DNA of 64,000 nucleotides from a virus, in IMG/VR virus record IMGVR_UViG_3300027754_000047, positions 32,001-96,000 of that record; one strand, written 5' to 3'. Shown piece by piece: positions 43,700 to 53,794 of this stretch (position 1 is its first letter; each line of letters opens with the position of its first letter). The notes beneath the pieces are model-generated. The model was not told the origin of the DNA. It ran no database searches and saw nothing but the letters and a program-made list of their open reading frames with translations. Both the position numbers and the translations under genes were made by a program.

Positions 43700-44934
43700 T
43701 ACTGCCCTGCTGCTTCCTCGGTTGGAGTAACTGGGTACTTACTTAACTCGTAAATTGTTTTATCTACATCCAAGTTTGGGTATACTTTAATGCGATTAAT
43801 ACCAAGCGCATCGGAAATACGTTCCCGTAAGGCAACGTTTGACCGAATTGCCAAGCCTAACTCAGAATCCGTAACAGCTACCAGGCCCAGTTCTTTGCAG
43901 GAGTATTTGTTACTATTTACGGTAACAGTAATAATGTCCTTTAATCTGGCTCTGACTCCGTTAGGGCTATCGTCCGATAAGAGTAAAGCAGTGGCAGCAT
44001 CCCAATCAAACCAGCATTCGCTGATCTGGCCGGTCTGCTCATCATTCTTCCAACGATAAGGAATCTCGCAGTTGCGCTTACTAGCGCCCATAGAGTTCTT
44101 ATTGGTGGTGATCTTGAGGATCTTTTCTGTAAATCCTCGAGTAGCCTTGAACACTGGGGTGCTCTTGACAACTGAGAACCACAGGTCTAAGACCGCATGG
44201 TAGTCTTGCCCCGTGCCGCCTGGCTTCTTCTTAGCCCCCTGAATAGGGCTCATAGGGTCGTCCGACAAATGGTTGATATAAACCAAGGTATATGGCTTCA
44301 TATACAAATGTTTATTAATGTGCCGGAAGAACTCGTTATGACTCTTACACTTAATCATACCTCCGGTATTACGGGGGTTGACTCCTCCTTCCTTTTCAAT
44401 TCGAGCATCAGACTCTTTAGTATCAACGCCACCTAAGGAGTCGATAATAAACATGACAGGTACATCCTTCATGCTTGGGTCTTCTGCCGCAAACTTAATG
44501 GAATCCAACAGTTGCTCTTGCCACTCTTCAGTAGTAAATGCAACGTACTCGATAGTCTTTCGAGTGTTATCCGGCCCCACTATTGCCCGGTATAAGGCTG
44601 GACTTTTCTTGTTTTCTGTATCCACGTAGATACAAATACCTCCAAGGTCCATATATATCTTAGCCAAGGTCATAGCAAATGCAGACTTGCATGATTCTTT
44701 GGCCCCCGCTACGCCAATGATTCTACTCATTGGGTAGCAGGTTTGATCCGTAAGCCAGCGGTAGGCCAAGTGGTCAGTAGGAATACCCCACACTCGGTCT
44801 GCTAGATCGGACGCTAAACACACCTGCGACCCACCGCCCTTCATGGCGTGAGCCATGAGGGCCTGGATGCCGGCGTGGGTGCCTGTAAGGCTATCGGAAT
44901 CTTTCTTCTTCTTTGCCATAGTGGTAGTCTTCAT
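43699..44934 (-). CDS. recA: RecA/UvsX-like recombinase
   Basis: GAKESCKS (variant Walker A), IYVDTE, FIIDSLG, YINH, PGG, KNSMG. Confidence 0.85.
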   Translation of the reverse strand: MKTTTMAKKKKDSDSLTGTHAGIQALMAHAMKGGGSQVCLASDLADRVWGIPTDHLAYRWLTDQTCYPMSRIIGVAGAKESCKSAFAMTLAKIYMDLGGICIYVDTENKKSPALYRAIVGPDNTRKTIEYVAFTTEEWQEQLLDSIKFAAEDPSMKDVPVMFIIDSLGGVDTKESDARIEKEGGVNPRNTGGMIKCKSHNEFFRHINKHLYMKPYTLVYINHLSDDPMSPIQGAKKKPGGTGQDYHAVLDLWFSVVKSTPVFKATRGFTEKILKITTNKNSMGASKRNCEIPYRWKNDEQTGQISECWFDWDAATALLLSDDSPNGVRARLKDIITVTVNSNKYSCKELGLVAVTDSELGLAIRSNVALRERISDALGINRIKVYPNLDVDKTIYELSKYPVTPTEEAAGQ

Positions 44935-44937
44935 GGT

Positions 44938-46356
44938 TTACTGCTGTTGAATGTTATTAAGCTTGGCCATCATAGTCTTCATTTGGTCTGACAAATTACC
45001 CTTTGGCATAGCTGGGGCAGTTGGTACTGCAGTAGGCATAGCTGGGGCAGTTGGCATTCTAGGCGCTGTTGGCATAGCTGTTGGCATTCTAGGCGCCGTA
45101 GGCATAGCTGGAGCTGTTGGCATTCTAGGCGCCGTAGGCATAGCTGGAGCTGCTGGCATTCTAGGTGCTGCTGCCATTCTAGGTGCTGCTGGCATAGCTG
45201 TCGGAGTAGGCATTTCTGGCACTACCACTTGAACTGAACCTGTATTGAGTACCCCTGAACCAATAAGGGCCCATTCGTCTCCTGGAAAGAGCTCTTGGAG
45301 CCACTCGGTTTGGAGCTTTTCCGTATTAAGTAAGATGTACTCGCTGAAAGGCTTTGCAGTCTGTAAGACAGCATCAGGTAAAGCGTAACCTTGCCCAAAC
45401 TTATCCGCCACGTTACCTACATTGCAACAATACGTAGCAATGCCTGCAGCTCCAGTGGCGTAGGAACTAAAGGTTACCAGCTTTTGTTGAGTTGCAAAAT
45501 CCGAATGTAAGAACCCTGCTTCCCATGCATTCAAACTAGCTGAATCTGAGGAGATATCTCCGTATTCCTGCATGATGGCTTCACGACTAAAAGGCAAGCC
45601 GTCAGTACGCTCAAAGAAGGCGTCATAAAAACCTTCCTTTTGTCGAGCGTCTTCCCGACTCTTAATAGCAGACACCTGATTGATCATAAGGATCTTGTGG
45701 CGAGGCCAACTTGGTTGCCCTTCCTCGTTAACCGTATAGTCAATTCCTGCGTTGCGCATAACGTAACCTTGCAAGAACAGGGTTCGGGTTGCTCTGCCGA
45801 ATGGAGTATTTAAATCATTACCCTCAGCCGGTACAAGTTCTAACGCCCGCTTGTATTGCGGAGTAGTAGTATCCACAATAATTGAAGGTAAAGATCTACG
45901 GGCCTGCTTGTTGTACTTGTGTCCGCCGCCTGTACGCCACAAGTACTCTCGCATCTTGTACATAGGGCTCTTGTAGCCTCGGCCCCATTCGCCTTCGGCT
46001 TGGATGATCATTCCATCTTCGCCTTCAATCATGTTAATAGCCAAGATGTCTCGACGGTTCTTTGGGTCAGGATCATTGCCAATCTTGCGATAGACGTAGG
46101 CCCAGTCAAAGCCGTATTGCCCTAAGGTAGGAACCACGCCTCGCAGTTCATCTTCTCTAAAGAAGCCGCTGGTCATATTCTGCGATACCCCGTGCATAGG
46201 GTGAGGAGGCACCAGTATAAACTCACAAGGAGCCTTACTGGAAAGGTAGCCCATAGTAGGGGCAGTATCGTTAAAGATCTTTTGAAAGTCAGAGTTACGG
46301 CGTTCACCAGAAGTGGAGGACGAGTCGTACATAGCGCGGTTAAGGTCGAATGTCAT
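44938..46356 (-). CDS. Hypothetical replication protein (possible SSB) with Pro/Ala/Met repeat tail
   Basis: Lies between DNA polymerase and RecA; the SSB role is a positional inference only. Confidence 0.45.
   Translation of the reverse strand: MTFDLNRAMYDSSSTSGERRNSDFQKIFNDTAPTMGYLSSKAPCEFILVPPHPMHGVSQNMTSGFFREDELRGVVPTLGQYGFDWAYVYRKIGNDPDPKNRRDILAINMIEGEDGMIIQAEGEWGRGYKSPMYKMREYLWRTGGGHKYNKQARRSLPSIIVDTTTPQYKRALELVPAEGNDLNTPFGRATRTLFLQGYVMRNAGIDYTVNEEGQPSWPRHKILMINQVSAIKSREDARQKEGFYDAFFERTDGLPFSREAIMQEYGDISSDSASLNAWEAGFLHSDFATQQKLVTFSSYATGAAGIATYCCNVGNVADKFGQGYALPDAVLQTAKPFSEYILLNTEKLQTEWLQELFPGDEWALIGSGVLNTGSVQVVVPEMPTPTAMPAAPRMAAAPRMPAAPAMPTAPRMPTAPAMPTAPRMPTAMPTAPRMPTAPAMPTAVPTAPAMPKGNLSDQMKTMMAKLNNIQQQ
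45004..45215 (-). repeat. Coding tandem repeats MPTAP(A/R), ~18-bp units
   Basis: Repeated ggcattctaggcgc / ggcatagctgg units. Confidence 0.9.
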
Positions 46357-46392
46357 TGAGTTTCCTTGGTAAGTGTTTTAGTAGGCATGCGT

Positions 46393-49236
46393 TTACTTCT
46401 TGTACTTAGTTAAATTAGGGTATTTAATTACGTCTGTTTCTGTTAAGGACTCGCCCCAACGAATACAAACTTCTGGATCGATGTCTAAGACCATATTATT
46501 ATTAGGCACCTTGCAACGTTCGCACATAGCAAGTCTAACTGCTTCTAGGGTTTCGTCAACCTGGTTTACCGGGCAAGCTACAAGAATTTGATCGTGTACG
46601 CTCATCAGGATTCTGTATTGTAGGTGGGGCTTTTCGACCTCCCTAATCATATATAAGTTAAGTAGCGCTAAGGACATTAAATCGCCTACGGTACCTTGAA
46701 TAGGTGCGTTCATTGCTTGACGTCTTTGATGAGCCAAGTTCTCTTTATCTGCGGTAGGCTCAAATCTACGTCTACGGCCAAATCCGTTCTCAACGTAGCG
46801 GCGCTCAGTAACATGTTGTTGCTGCTTTACCAACCACTCAGCCAAGTCTGGAAAAGTAGTCTTAAACGCTTGAACTGCAGCTTCTGCTTCTTCTTGCGTT
46901 ACTTCTACTCCTTCCAAGGATACTGCAGATTTAATGGCCGTAGCACCTCTACCGTATGCAATACCGAATGTAATGGTCTTTGCAATGGTGCGGAACTTCG
47001 ACCAATTGTTTTCCTTAAGCCAATCCTTCTTGCCTTTAGTATAGTCTTCAGGTGGCGGACTTAGCTTAAACATCTGCATAGCAACTTCCGAGTGAAAGTC
47101 TGAGCCCTTATCTAACAGCTTAGCCTGCATAGCCGTATCGCCGCTAAGCCAAGCCATAACAAACAGTTCTGCCTGAACCCAGTCGCAATCCACGATGCAC
47201 CAATCTTCCGGCACTGTGAAACAGGAACGAATAGATGGAATTTTAGTGGTATCTTTAAACGCCTTACCTACCAGCTCTTCAGCCGTCTTAGGCAATTGCG
47301 CCATATTGGGGTTGCTATGCCCGTAGCGGCCAGTTTCAACAGTCTGCCTAATACGAGTATGTACTCGGCCGTCACTCCATATCTTTGGCTTAATTCCACC
47401 TTCTAATGTGTAGTTTGTACCATCTTCCGTAGGAGTAAACTCTCCAGTAAAAGTCTTTACAGTTTGGGAAATAGCCGTATATAGCAGCATGGCATTAAGT
47501 AACGGACAATCTTTATGCTCTCCTAACAGCCCCAATAGCACAGATCTATCGGTGGATGGAGTGAGCGCTGCTTCCTTACCTTGCTCCATAGCCTTAGCCC
47601 AATCTGCGTCGTTAGTTGCCTTGATTGGAGTATAGGTGGCTAAGTTGGCTCCCTTAGGTGGTTGAGTTTTCTTAGTCCAACTAAACAAAGCAGCAGCCTT
47701 TTGCGCTGGAGAGTCTGGGTTAAACTCTGGCCAGTTAAGTATAGTGCAAAGCTGTTCGGATAGTTCTACCTTCTTTTCAGAGTACTTTTGGGAAAGCAAT
47801 TCGAGGCGAGGCAAATCCACTAGCATGCCGTTCATTTCCAACTCTAAGATTGGCATAGTAGCCGGCATTACTATAGCTTCAAACAGCTCCTTGATACGCT
47901 TATGTTCAGGCAAGTTCATCTCTGCCATTTGCAACAAAGCAATTCTAAATGTTGCATCTGCGTCCTTGGCGGAATAAGGCAACAAGATATCGTCAGGAAT
48001 TCCGCCGTAGCTGAACTGCTCTACGTCGTACTTATTAGCCTTAATCCAATCGTTCAGTTCTAGTTCGTAACGTCCCAGGTCGGTATGTCTGGCTACGTAT
48101 ACTTCCAGGCCCTGCGCCCAATTCTCGTTTAACAAGTGGCCGGCTAATGCTGTGTCCCAGCCATTAAGAGTTGGACCGGCAACATTGACTCCGTTATGCA
48201 CCAACCAAGGCAAGTCCGCTCTAATAAAGTGGCCAATAAGCTTGGTCTTTCCGTTCTCAATGAATGCCTTGAGTTTAGCCCAAGTCTCCTTAGCGTTTAA
48301 ACCCAATTCGGTAAACTGCTTACCCGGGCGACTAAAGATTACAACTAAGGCTTCTCCTGGAGCCCAGCTCAATTGCATGCAACGTAAGTACCCGTCAAGG
48401 TGATTGCCGTCGCCCCACTCGCAATCCAAAGCAAGCCAACCAGTATAGGTTGCTGTGATCTCTGCCAGCTTAACGTCTAGTTGGGCTAGGTTATCGCAGT
48501 AAACATAATTAGTTGGCAGCACTTGCCCTGAGGCCTTACTACCCCCTAATTCATTTACCAGTCTAGTCATATCGAGTGCAATAACTTCTCGCATCTCAGG
48601 CATATGTAGTATAGAACTGAAATCTGGGATAGCAGCAATGTTGACTCCGTAGTCATTGTCTGCTGCTGCAACCGTTCTATTCTTGTACTGCTCGTAGGTA
48701 GCTTTAGAGCCAAATACCGCCTTTAGGGTTTTAGCCCCCAAAAGTATTACAAGATCTGGCTTAACTAACTCTAACTCCTTAAGGAAGTGTTCTTTAAACT
48801 CTGCCACTTCTTCCTTAGGAATTGCTGTCTTCTTACCATCGATGAAATACTTACAATAGGTGGTGTAGTAGACGTCATTAACGTAGGCGTCAAAGCCGGT
48901 GCTTTCACATAGGGTTTTGAACTCATCAACCCACTGTCCTCGGAATAAGCTGCGTTCGTCGTGCTCAGACTTGTTGGGCCAGCAACCTACAATCATTATC
49001 TTGTGCGGAGTAGGGCCTAAGGCTCCATACCAGCGACCAGCATTGACTTGCCCGTTGCCAAGTGAAATACCGGGTAACGTTATAACGGTTTGTAAGGCTC
49101 CGGTTTCCCCTTTATTAATTAAGGTTAAGGGGGCCTCCAGTAACGTACGCTTAGCCCATTCTGGAGTGTAGTTGTATTGTTCTGCGTACAACTCGCATAT
49201 AGTTTTTCTAATCTCTGCTACTGCTTTAGGTGCCAT
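46393..49236 (-). CDS. polA: Family A DNA polymerase with N-terminal UDG-like domain and 3'-5' exonuclease
   Basis: UDG-like IMIVGCWP..E..LFRG..VYYT..ELELVKPDLVILLG; exonuclease LDCE, HFIRADL, YSAKDAD; TGRYGHSNPNMAQLP; motif A DWVQAE, motif B RTIAKTITFGIAYG, motif C VHDQ. Confidence 0.93.
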   Translation of the reverse strand: MAPKAVAEIRKTICELYAEQYNYTPEWAKRTLLEAPLTLINKGETGALQTVITLPGISLGNGQVNAGRWYGALGPTPHKIMIVGCWPNKSEHDERSLFRGQWVDEFKTLCESTGFDAYVNDVYYTTYCKYFIDGKKTAIPKEEVAEFKEHFLKELELVKPDLVILLGAKTLKAVFGSKATYEQYKNRTVAAADNDYGVNIAAIPDFSSILHMPEMREVIALDMTRLVNELGGSKASGQVLPTNYVYCDNLAQLDVKLAEITATYTGWLALDCEWGDGNHLDGYLRCMQLSWAPGEALVVIFSRPGKQFTELGLNAKETWAKLKAFIENGKTKLIGHFIRADLPWLVHNGVNVAGPTLNGWDTALAGHLLNENWAQGLEVYVARHTDLGRYELELNDWIKANKYDVEQFSYGGIPDDILLPYSAKDADATFRIALLQMAEMNLPEHKRIKELFEAIVMPATMPILELEMNGMLVDLPRLELLSQKYSEKKVELSEQLCTILNWPEFNPDSPAQKAAALFSWTKKTQPPKGANLATYTPIKATNDADWAKAMEQGKEAALTPSTDRSVLLGLLGEHKDCPLLNAMLLYTAISQTVKTFTGEFTPTEDGTNYTLEGGIKPKIWSDGRVHTRIRQTVETGRYGHSNPNMAQLPKTAEELVGKAFKDTTKIPSIRSCFTVPEDWCIVDCDWVQAELFVMAWLSGDTAMQAKLLDKGSDFHSEVAMQMFKLSPPPEDYTKGKKDWLKENNWSKFRTIAKTITFGIAYGRGATAIKSAVSLEGVEVTQEEAEAAVQAFKTTFPDLAEWLVKQQQHVTERRYVENGFGRRRRFEPTADKENLAHQRRQAMNAPIQGTVGDLMSLALLNLYMIREVEKPHLQYRILMSVHDQILVACPVNQVDETLEAVRLAMCERCKVPNNNMVLDIDPEVCIRWGESLTETDVIKYPNLTKYKK

Positions 49237-49247
49237 TGAAATTCCTT

Positions 49248-50354
49248 TTAAGTGTTAAATGGTTTATTCGCATTAGTAATAAGTACCATAAGCTCGGTAG
49301 CTGTAAGGTTGGCGGCATCCTTCCCCACAGGTAAGTCTACCGTTAAACAACCCTTTGCTACTAAATTATTAAGGCGCTGAGCGCAGCTATATATTCGTTT
49401 ATTTGCAGCAGCTTCGTGCTCTACTAGAAAGACTATTTGCCCTGCGGCAAAATGCTCTGCTAGTAGGGCTTCTTGCATAGGCTTAGGAAACATGCCGAAA
49501 GTACAAACTCCGGCAAAGCCGCAAGCCAAGGCGGATAATGCCCCTTCAGACACTATACAAAACTGCCCGTTAGTAAACTCTTTAGCTTGCTGTAGCCTGT
49601 ATAGCGTACTGCCGAAGGAGTAACCCGGTGCATTCAAATACTTCTGAATGAGCGGCTTGCCTGTTTTAGGATCGTTAGGTATTGGCCCCGAGTAACGAGC
49701 TTGCCAACCATCCCATACCCCTGCTTGAATATTAGGAATAATAAGTCTATTGGCGGGAGTTATAGTGTGGGCAACTCCATTAGAGTCTTTTATCATTTTA
49801 TGCCAAGGACTGCTGGGGCAATAGTGAAATTGGTATTCGTTTGCTAATAGGTCTAGGTCGGTAAATCCCCGGCTAGTTAAATACTCTATTACTGGATGGT
49901 TACTGGCTAGCTTATTAACTGGAATTAATAATTCAAAATCACACGGATATTCCATTTTACGTTGAGGAGTTGCAACCAGGGCTGTAGGGTCTAATTGAAA
50001 AGACCGTTTACCTGTATCTGTTAGGTCTTGTATTAACGTGCCCCAATCGCAACCTTCGTTATGGCATTTAATAGGGTAGAACTTTCTATCCGCCTGTTCG
50101 TTATGTACTCCCCACACATGGCTAATGTATAGGCGAAATCGCTTGTCGTTGCACTTTGGGCAACACGTTGAATAGACTTCGCCCCACATATCCACGTTCA
50201 TCTTTGGCCGTAAGCGTATGTGGCTGCGTTGTAGCGGGGTATCAAACCAATCTTTAATGGTGGTGTAGTGGGCAGGCTGTCCTGGATTAACAATATGAAC
50301 CGTACCGAATGCTTGCAATAAGGCGCTATATAATTCAGGGTTTAATGGGTTCAT
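49248..50354 (-). CDS. DNA primase (zinc finger + TOPRIM-like)
   Basis: CPKC..KCHNEGC, EYLTSRG, RLIIP..WQAR, KYLN, VSEG, GKDAANL. Confidence 0.8.
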   Translation of the reverse strand: MNPLNPELYSALLQAFGTVHIVNPGQPAHYTTIKDWFDTPLQRSHIRLRPKMNVDMWGEVYSTCCPKCNDKRFRLYISHVWGVHNEQADRKFYPIKCHNEGCDWGTLIQDLTDTGKRSFQLDPTALVATPQRKMEYPCDFELLIPVNKLASNHPVIEYLTSRGFTDLDLLANEYQFHYCPSSPWHKMIKDSNGVAHTITPANRLIIPNIQAGVWDGWQARYSGPIPNDPKTGKPLIQKYLNAPGYSFGSTLYRLQQAKEFTNGQFCIVSEGALSALACGFAGVCTFGMFPKPMQEALLAEHFAAGQIVFLVEHEAAANKRIYSCAQRLNNLVAKGCLTVDLPVGKDAANLTATELMVLITNANKPFNT

Positions 50355-51832
50355 CCAATATAGCCCATCGTAGCAGTTGAGTTAAACGCTTTAGCCTTAA
50401 CCGGCTTATCGTCATCGTCATCTGTTGCTTTTTCGTACAGCATATTGTGAGTAGTAATACCTCCGTTACCGTCATCTATTACCTTGTCGGCAACGTACTT
50501 CCACTTAGAGTTAGCGCCATCCATTTGGATACACGCCTTTAAGTTAGGCTCACTACTACGTTGCTTAGGTACACAAGCAAATGCCAAATTATTACTTATG
50601 GTTCTGTTGCCTATGCAAATAACCGTGTCCATGTAGTGGTGTAAGGTTCTACAGTCTAGTGCGTCCGTAGACAAAGGTAGATCTATAGGGCGTCTACTTG
50701 CACCTGCGGTACCGAGCTGATGGTAAATAAACAGGTTGATGCCTAGATTGCCGCCTAGGATTCTTAATTCATTAGCGGCGTGCTGCATAACATGGTGCTT
50801 TTGCATGTTCTTACCGTGGCGACCTGAAGCCATATAATTATCTATGAAGGGGCCAAACCAGTCCAAACCCACATAGCGAGGGTTGTGGCCTTTGTCTTGC
50901 ATCTTCTTAATAATGTTTTCTATGTCTTGCACTCCGCCGTTAGCCCCGCCGTTCTTCATTAACTCCAACATATCCATCATGTGTAACTTGCCTTGCATGC
51001 GAGTTTTACGGTCGTTCCAAGTATCTCGCAGTTGCTTATCGTTCTTTAAGCGTTCGTTAAATTCTTCCGTGGTTACTCCTTGGAAGTAATTAACAGGCTT
51101 ACCTAGTACGTAAGCATAAGCTCTACTCGTTAATCCCGGATGGACTGCTTGCTCGTAGGAAAGGATTAAAGCATCTTCTCCTGCCAGAGCAGTTGCACAA
51201 GCTATCTGAATGTTGGATAAGGTTTTACCTCCACCAGACGGAGCTAGAAAGAGAGTAGTTTCTCCTCTAGTTGCGCCGCCGGTAATGGAGTCGATAAAGT
51301 CACAATTCCAGCGTATCTTCTTTTCGCTACTAATCATAGGCAAGGCACAAGCAAACGGATCTAAGGGTTCCGCCTTAATTACTTGACTGCGACTTATTGC
51401 TCCTCGAAAGTTTTCAAGTTCCGCAAAGATATCAGGCGAATCTAATAGCTTTTGTACGGCTGGTCTTAGTTTTCGATCTTCTAGAAAGTCCGCTAAGACG
51501 TCTTGAATATAGCTATCTAAACCCTCTACGTCTGATTTGGATTCACCGTAGACGTAGCCTACTAAGTCCACAAACTCAGCAAAATCCTGCTCGCTTAGTA
51601 CCTTGTTGGGCACTAGATCAAAGGTAACAATATGCTGGATGTGTTCTAGTGGTACTGGGCTGCGGTGCGCCTCGTACCACTCTTTACCTATTTTAAAGAT
51701 TACTTTAAGCGCAATCTCGTCAGCGGTAAAATCAGCTAGACCTATTCTACTTAGGGCGGTAGCTATTACAATCTTGGATTTAAGGAACCCAAGACTGAGC
51801 CACTGCTGATATCCGTCTTTCAGTTTCATCAA
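50351..51832 (-). CDS. dnaB: Replicative helicase, DnaB/SF4-like
   Basis: LAPSGGGKT, LSYEQ, VGLDW, YHQL, KQR; adjacent to primase. Confidence 0.8.
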   Translation of the reverse strand: MMKLKDGYQQWLSLGFLKSKIVIATALSRIGLADFTADEIALKVIFKIGKEWYEAHRSPVPLEHIQHIVTFDLVPNKVLSEQDFAEFVDLVGYVYGESKSDVEGLDSYIQDVLADFLEDRKLRPAVQKLLDSPDIFAELENFRGAISRSQVIKAEPLDPFACALPMISSEKKIRWNCDFIDSITGGATRGETTLFLAPSGGGKTLSNIQIACATALAGEDALILSYEQAVHPGLTSRAYAYVLGKPVNYFQGVTTEEFNERLKNDKQLRDTWNDRKTRMQGKLHMMDMLELMKNGGANGGVQDIENIIKKMQDKGHNPRYVGLDWFGPFIDNYMASGRHGKNMQKHHVMQHAANELRILGGNLGINLFIYHQLGTAGASRRPIDLPLSTDALDCRTLHHYMDTVICIGNRTISNNLAFACVPKQRSSEPNLKACIQMDGANSKWKYVADKVIDDGNGGITTHNMLYEKATDDDDDKPVKAKAFNSTATMGYIG

Positions 51833-52371
51833 GCAGCTCCTTTGGGTAAAAGTTCCTTAAATTTATCTAAATATATAGGTTTTAGCAACAAGTCTTGCTT
51901 AGCAGATTCTACCACATGTGCAGGTAACCTATCTAACATAGCTAGCCTATGCGCAACGCAATACACAAACACACATGAAAACTCATTTTTAGAATCTAGT
52001 AAGTGCTCTATTACGTCTGCGTCAGGCAACCTGCTGGCTAAGCGATCAAACATGTTTTCCAATAAAATGGATATTCGATCGTACTCTAGGTCCGGCTTAC
52101 CTGCAGCCACATAACTAAATATAAGTGGCTGCAGGTGATTGGGCGTTTGAGGTAGAGCTGGGTAGTAGTGATTACAAGCCCAGTCTATAAACGAACGAGG
52201 ATCTACTTGTAATTCGTTACAGCTTGCAGCTAACTTTGTGTAACTGGCGGCTTGCTTAACGCTGTATCTTATGCTGCGGTATGCTTGAATACCAGCAGTG
52301 CTTCCTATCTTTTTGGCAAATAGCTCTTTTACATCATCTCCGCTTACAAGAGTAAATCCTGAATTTGCCAT
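51829..52371 (-). CDS. Hypothetical protein
   Basis: 180 aa ORF, GAGGA upstream. Confidence 0.7.
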   Translation of the reverse strand: MANSGFTLVSGDDVKELFAKKIGSTAGIQAYRSIRYSVKQAASYTKLAASCNELQVDPRSFIDWACNHYYPALPQTPNHLQPLIFSYVAAGKPDLEYDRISILLENMFDRLASRLPDADVIEHLLDSKNEFSCVFVYCVAHRLAMLDRLPAHVVESAKQDLLLKPIYLDKFKELLPKGAA

Positions 52372-53777
52372 TTCTTTTCCTCGTAGTTTGCGAATCGGGA
52401 TTTAGATCTACGCGCAGCCCAGAAGTCAAAGAAGTCACCAAAGTCCACCAAGATACCTTTAACCTTGCCTGCTGTAATACGGCAGACTCGCCCAGGCATT
52501 TGAATGTCTTTAATAGGACTGGCCCCGCCATCAGCTCGCACTATAACGGAGAGTTGAGGAAAATCAACTCCCGTACTCCAGATTCCTGTTGCAATAACCC
52601 GCTTAGCTGTACCTGCACTAAAATCATTGCGCAGTTTTTCAACTTGCTTCTTAGTAATAGGCTCGCCTTCTAGTAACTTGCGTTGCTTGAAGTAAGTAGC
52701 TGACTCTGCATCCATATTGCCGTACACAACTTCAAAGTCCGGCAACAACTTTTTTAATTCTAATGCATGTTCGATCTTATCTACCAGTATGAGAATCTGA
52801 GGATCTTTATCTGTAATCCGCTTAGGTACCTCGTCGTAGATAACCCTAGCAATAGCGTTATTGCGAGCATGGTTCGCCCAATACGCTAAACGCAAGCGCT
52901 TAACGTCAGACGAGTACTTACGTATTGCATCCACTGGCTCGCAGGCCCAATTGACTCGCCATACTTCAATTGGTACCACCAAGCCTAGGTCAACTCCGTC
53001 CTCGTAATCAACCTTGCAGATCTTATTACCAAAGTAGGCCTCAATAGCCAGGTTGCTGTTATCCAACCTTTGATCTGGACTAGCAGAATAAGAAATCATT
53101 TTGCAGCCCTCGAACTTAGGGTAGTACTCCAGGAAACTCGGAGTCAAAAGTTCGTGGACTTCATCTAATTGCACTATATCGAACTTGTCCAACTCCAGGT
53201 GCCCTAAGGATCCAGACGTTGCAACAAGGGGATTGCCTTCTAAATGTTTATCGGAGTTCCAAACTCCTGTAGTAGAAAACACTGCAGCCAAACGCTTGTA
53301 CAACTGATTACAAACGCTTTTAGATTTTGTGATTACCAGATGGCGCTGCTTAGGATAAAGCTGCACTATCTTTTCAACCACTACTCCCTTGCCGAAGCCA
53401 GTAAGAGCATCGACAATGCCGTTATCTGCTTTGCATATAGCATCTAACACTTCTAATTGCCCTGGCCTAAGCCCGACTATTTTGTCGAGCTTAGGCACCG
53501 GTAATTGCTTCTTACGCAGGTCAGTATACTGGGGAGCGTACCCTGTCTTTGCCAACAGGTGTAACGTTCGCTCCAGTAGTCCGCACGGAAAGTACATCCA
53601 GCCGTCATTGACAGCAAAGAGTTCTACTTCCTTACCTACGTACCTAGGGGCCCGACCCGGCTCTCGTACCTGGCTCCTATGAATATATGTGAACTCCTTA
53701 CGTAGCCCGTCACAATGGGGCCCTTCTGGAGTGCGCAAATAGCGCATGATTCGCTGTAGTACAACTGGTTTTGACAT
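52344..53777 (-). CDS. Superfamily 2 helicase (UvsW/XPB-like)
   Basis: LRPGQ, ALTGFGKG, LDEVH, SASP, TGVDFPQL, QMPGRVCR; AAGGA before ATG 53777. Confidence 0.9.
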   Translation of the reverse strand: MSKPVVLQRIMRYLRTPEGPHCDGLRKEFTYIHRSQVREPGRAPRYVGKEVELFAVNDGWMYFPCGLLERTLHLLAKTGYAPQYTDLRKKQLPVPKLDKIVGLRPGQLEVLDAICKADNGIVDALTGFGKGVVVEKIVQLYPKQRHLVITKSKSVCNQLYKRLAAVFSTTGVWNSDKHLEGNPLVATSGSLGHLELDKFDIVQLDEVHELLTPSFLEYYPKFEGCKMISYSASPDQRLDNSNLAIEAYFGNKICKVDYEDGVDLGLVVPIEVWRVNWACEPVDAIRKYSSDVKRLRLAYWANHARNNAIARVIYDEVPKRITDKDPQILILVDKIEHALELKKLLPDFEVVYGNMDAESATYFKQRKLLEGEPITKKQVEKLRNDFSAGTAKRVIATGIWSTGVDFPQLSVIVRADGGASPIKDIQMPGRVCRITAGKVKGILVDFGDFFDFWAARRSKSRFANYEEKKWQIQDLLL

Positions 53778-53794
53778 AGTTTCCTTTAAACGGG

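Noticed and set aside
43699-44934. Inactive RecA because Walker A reads GAKESCKS
   Set aside because: The catalytic Lys-Ser and the other motifs are retained; a Gly-to-Cys change alone does not show inactivity.
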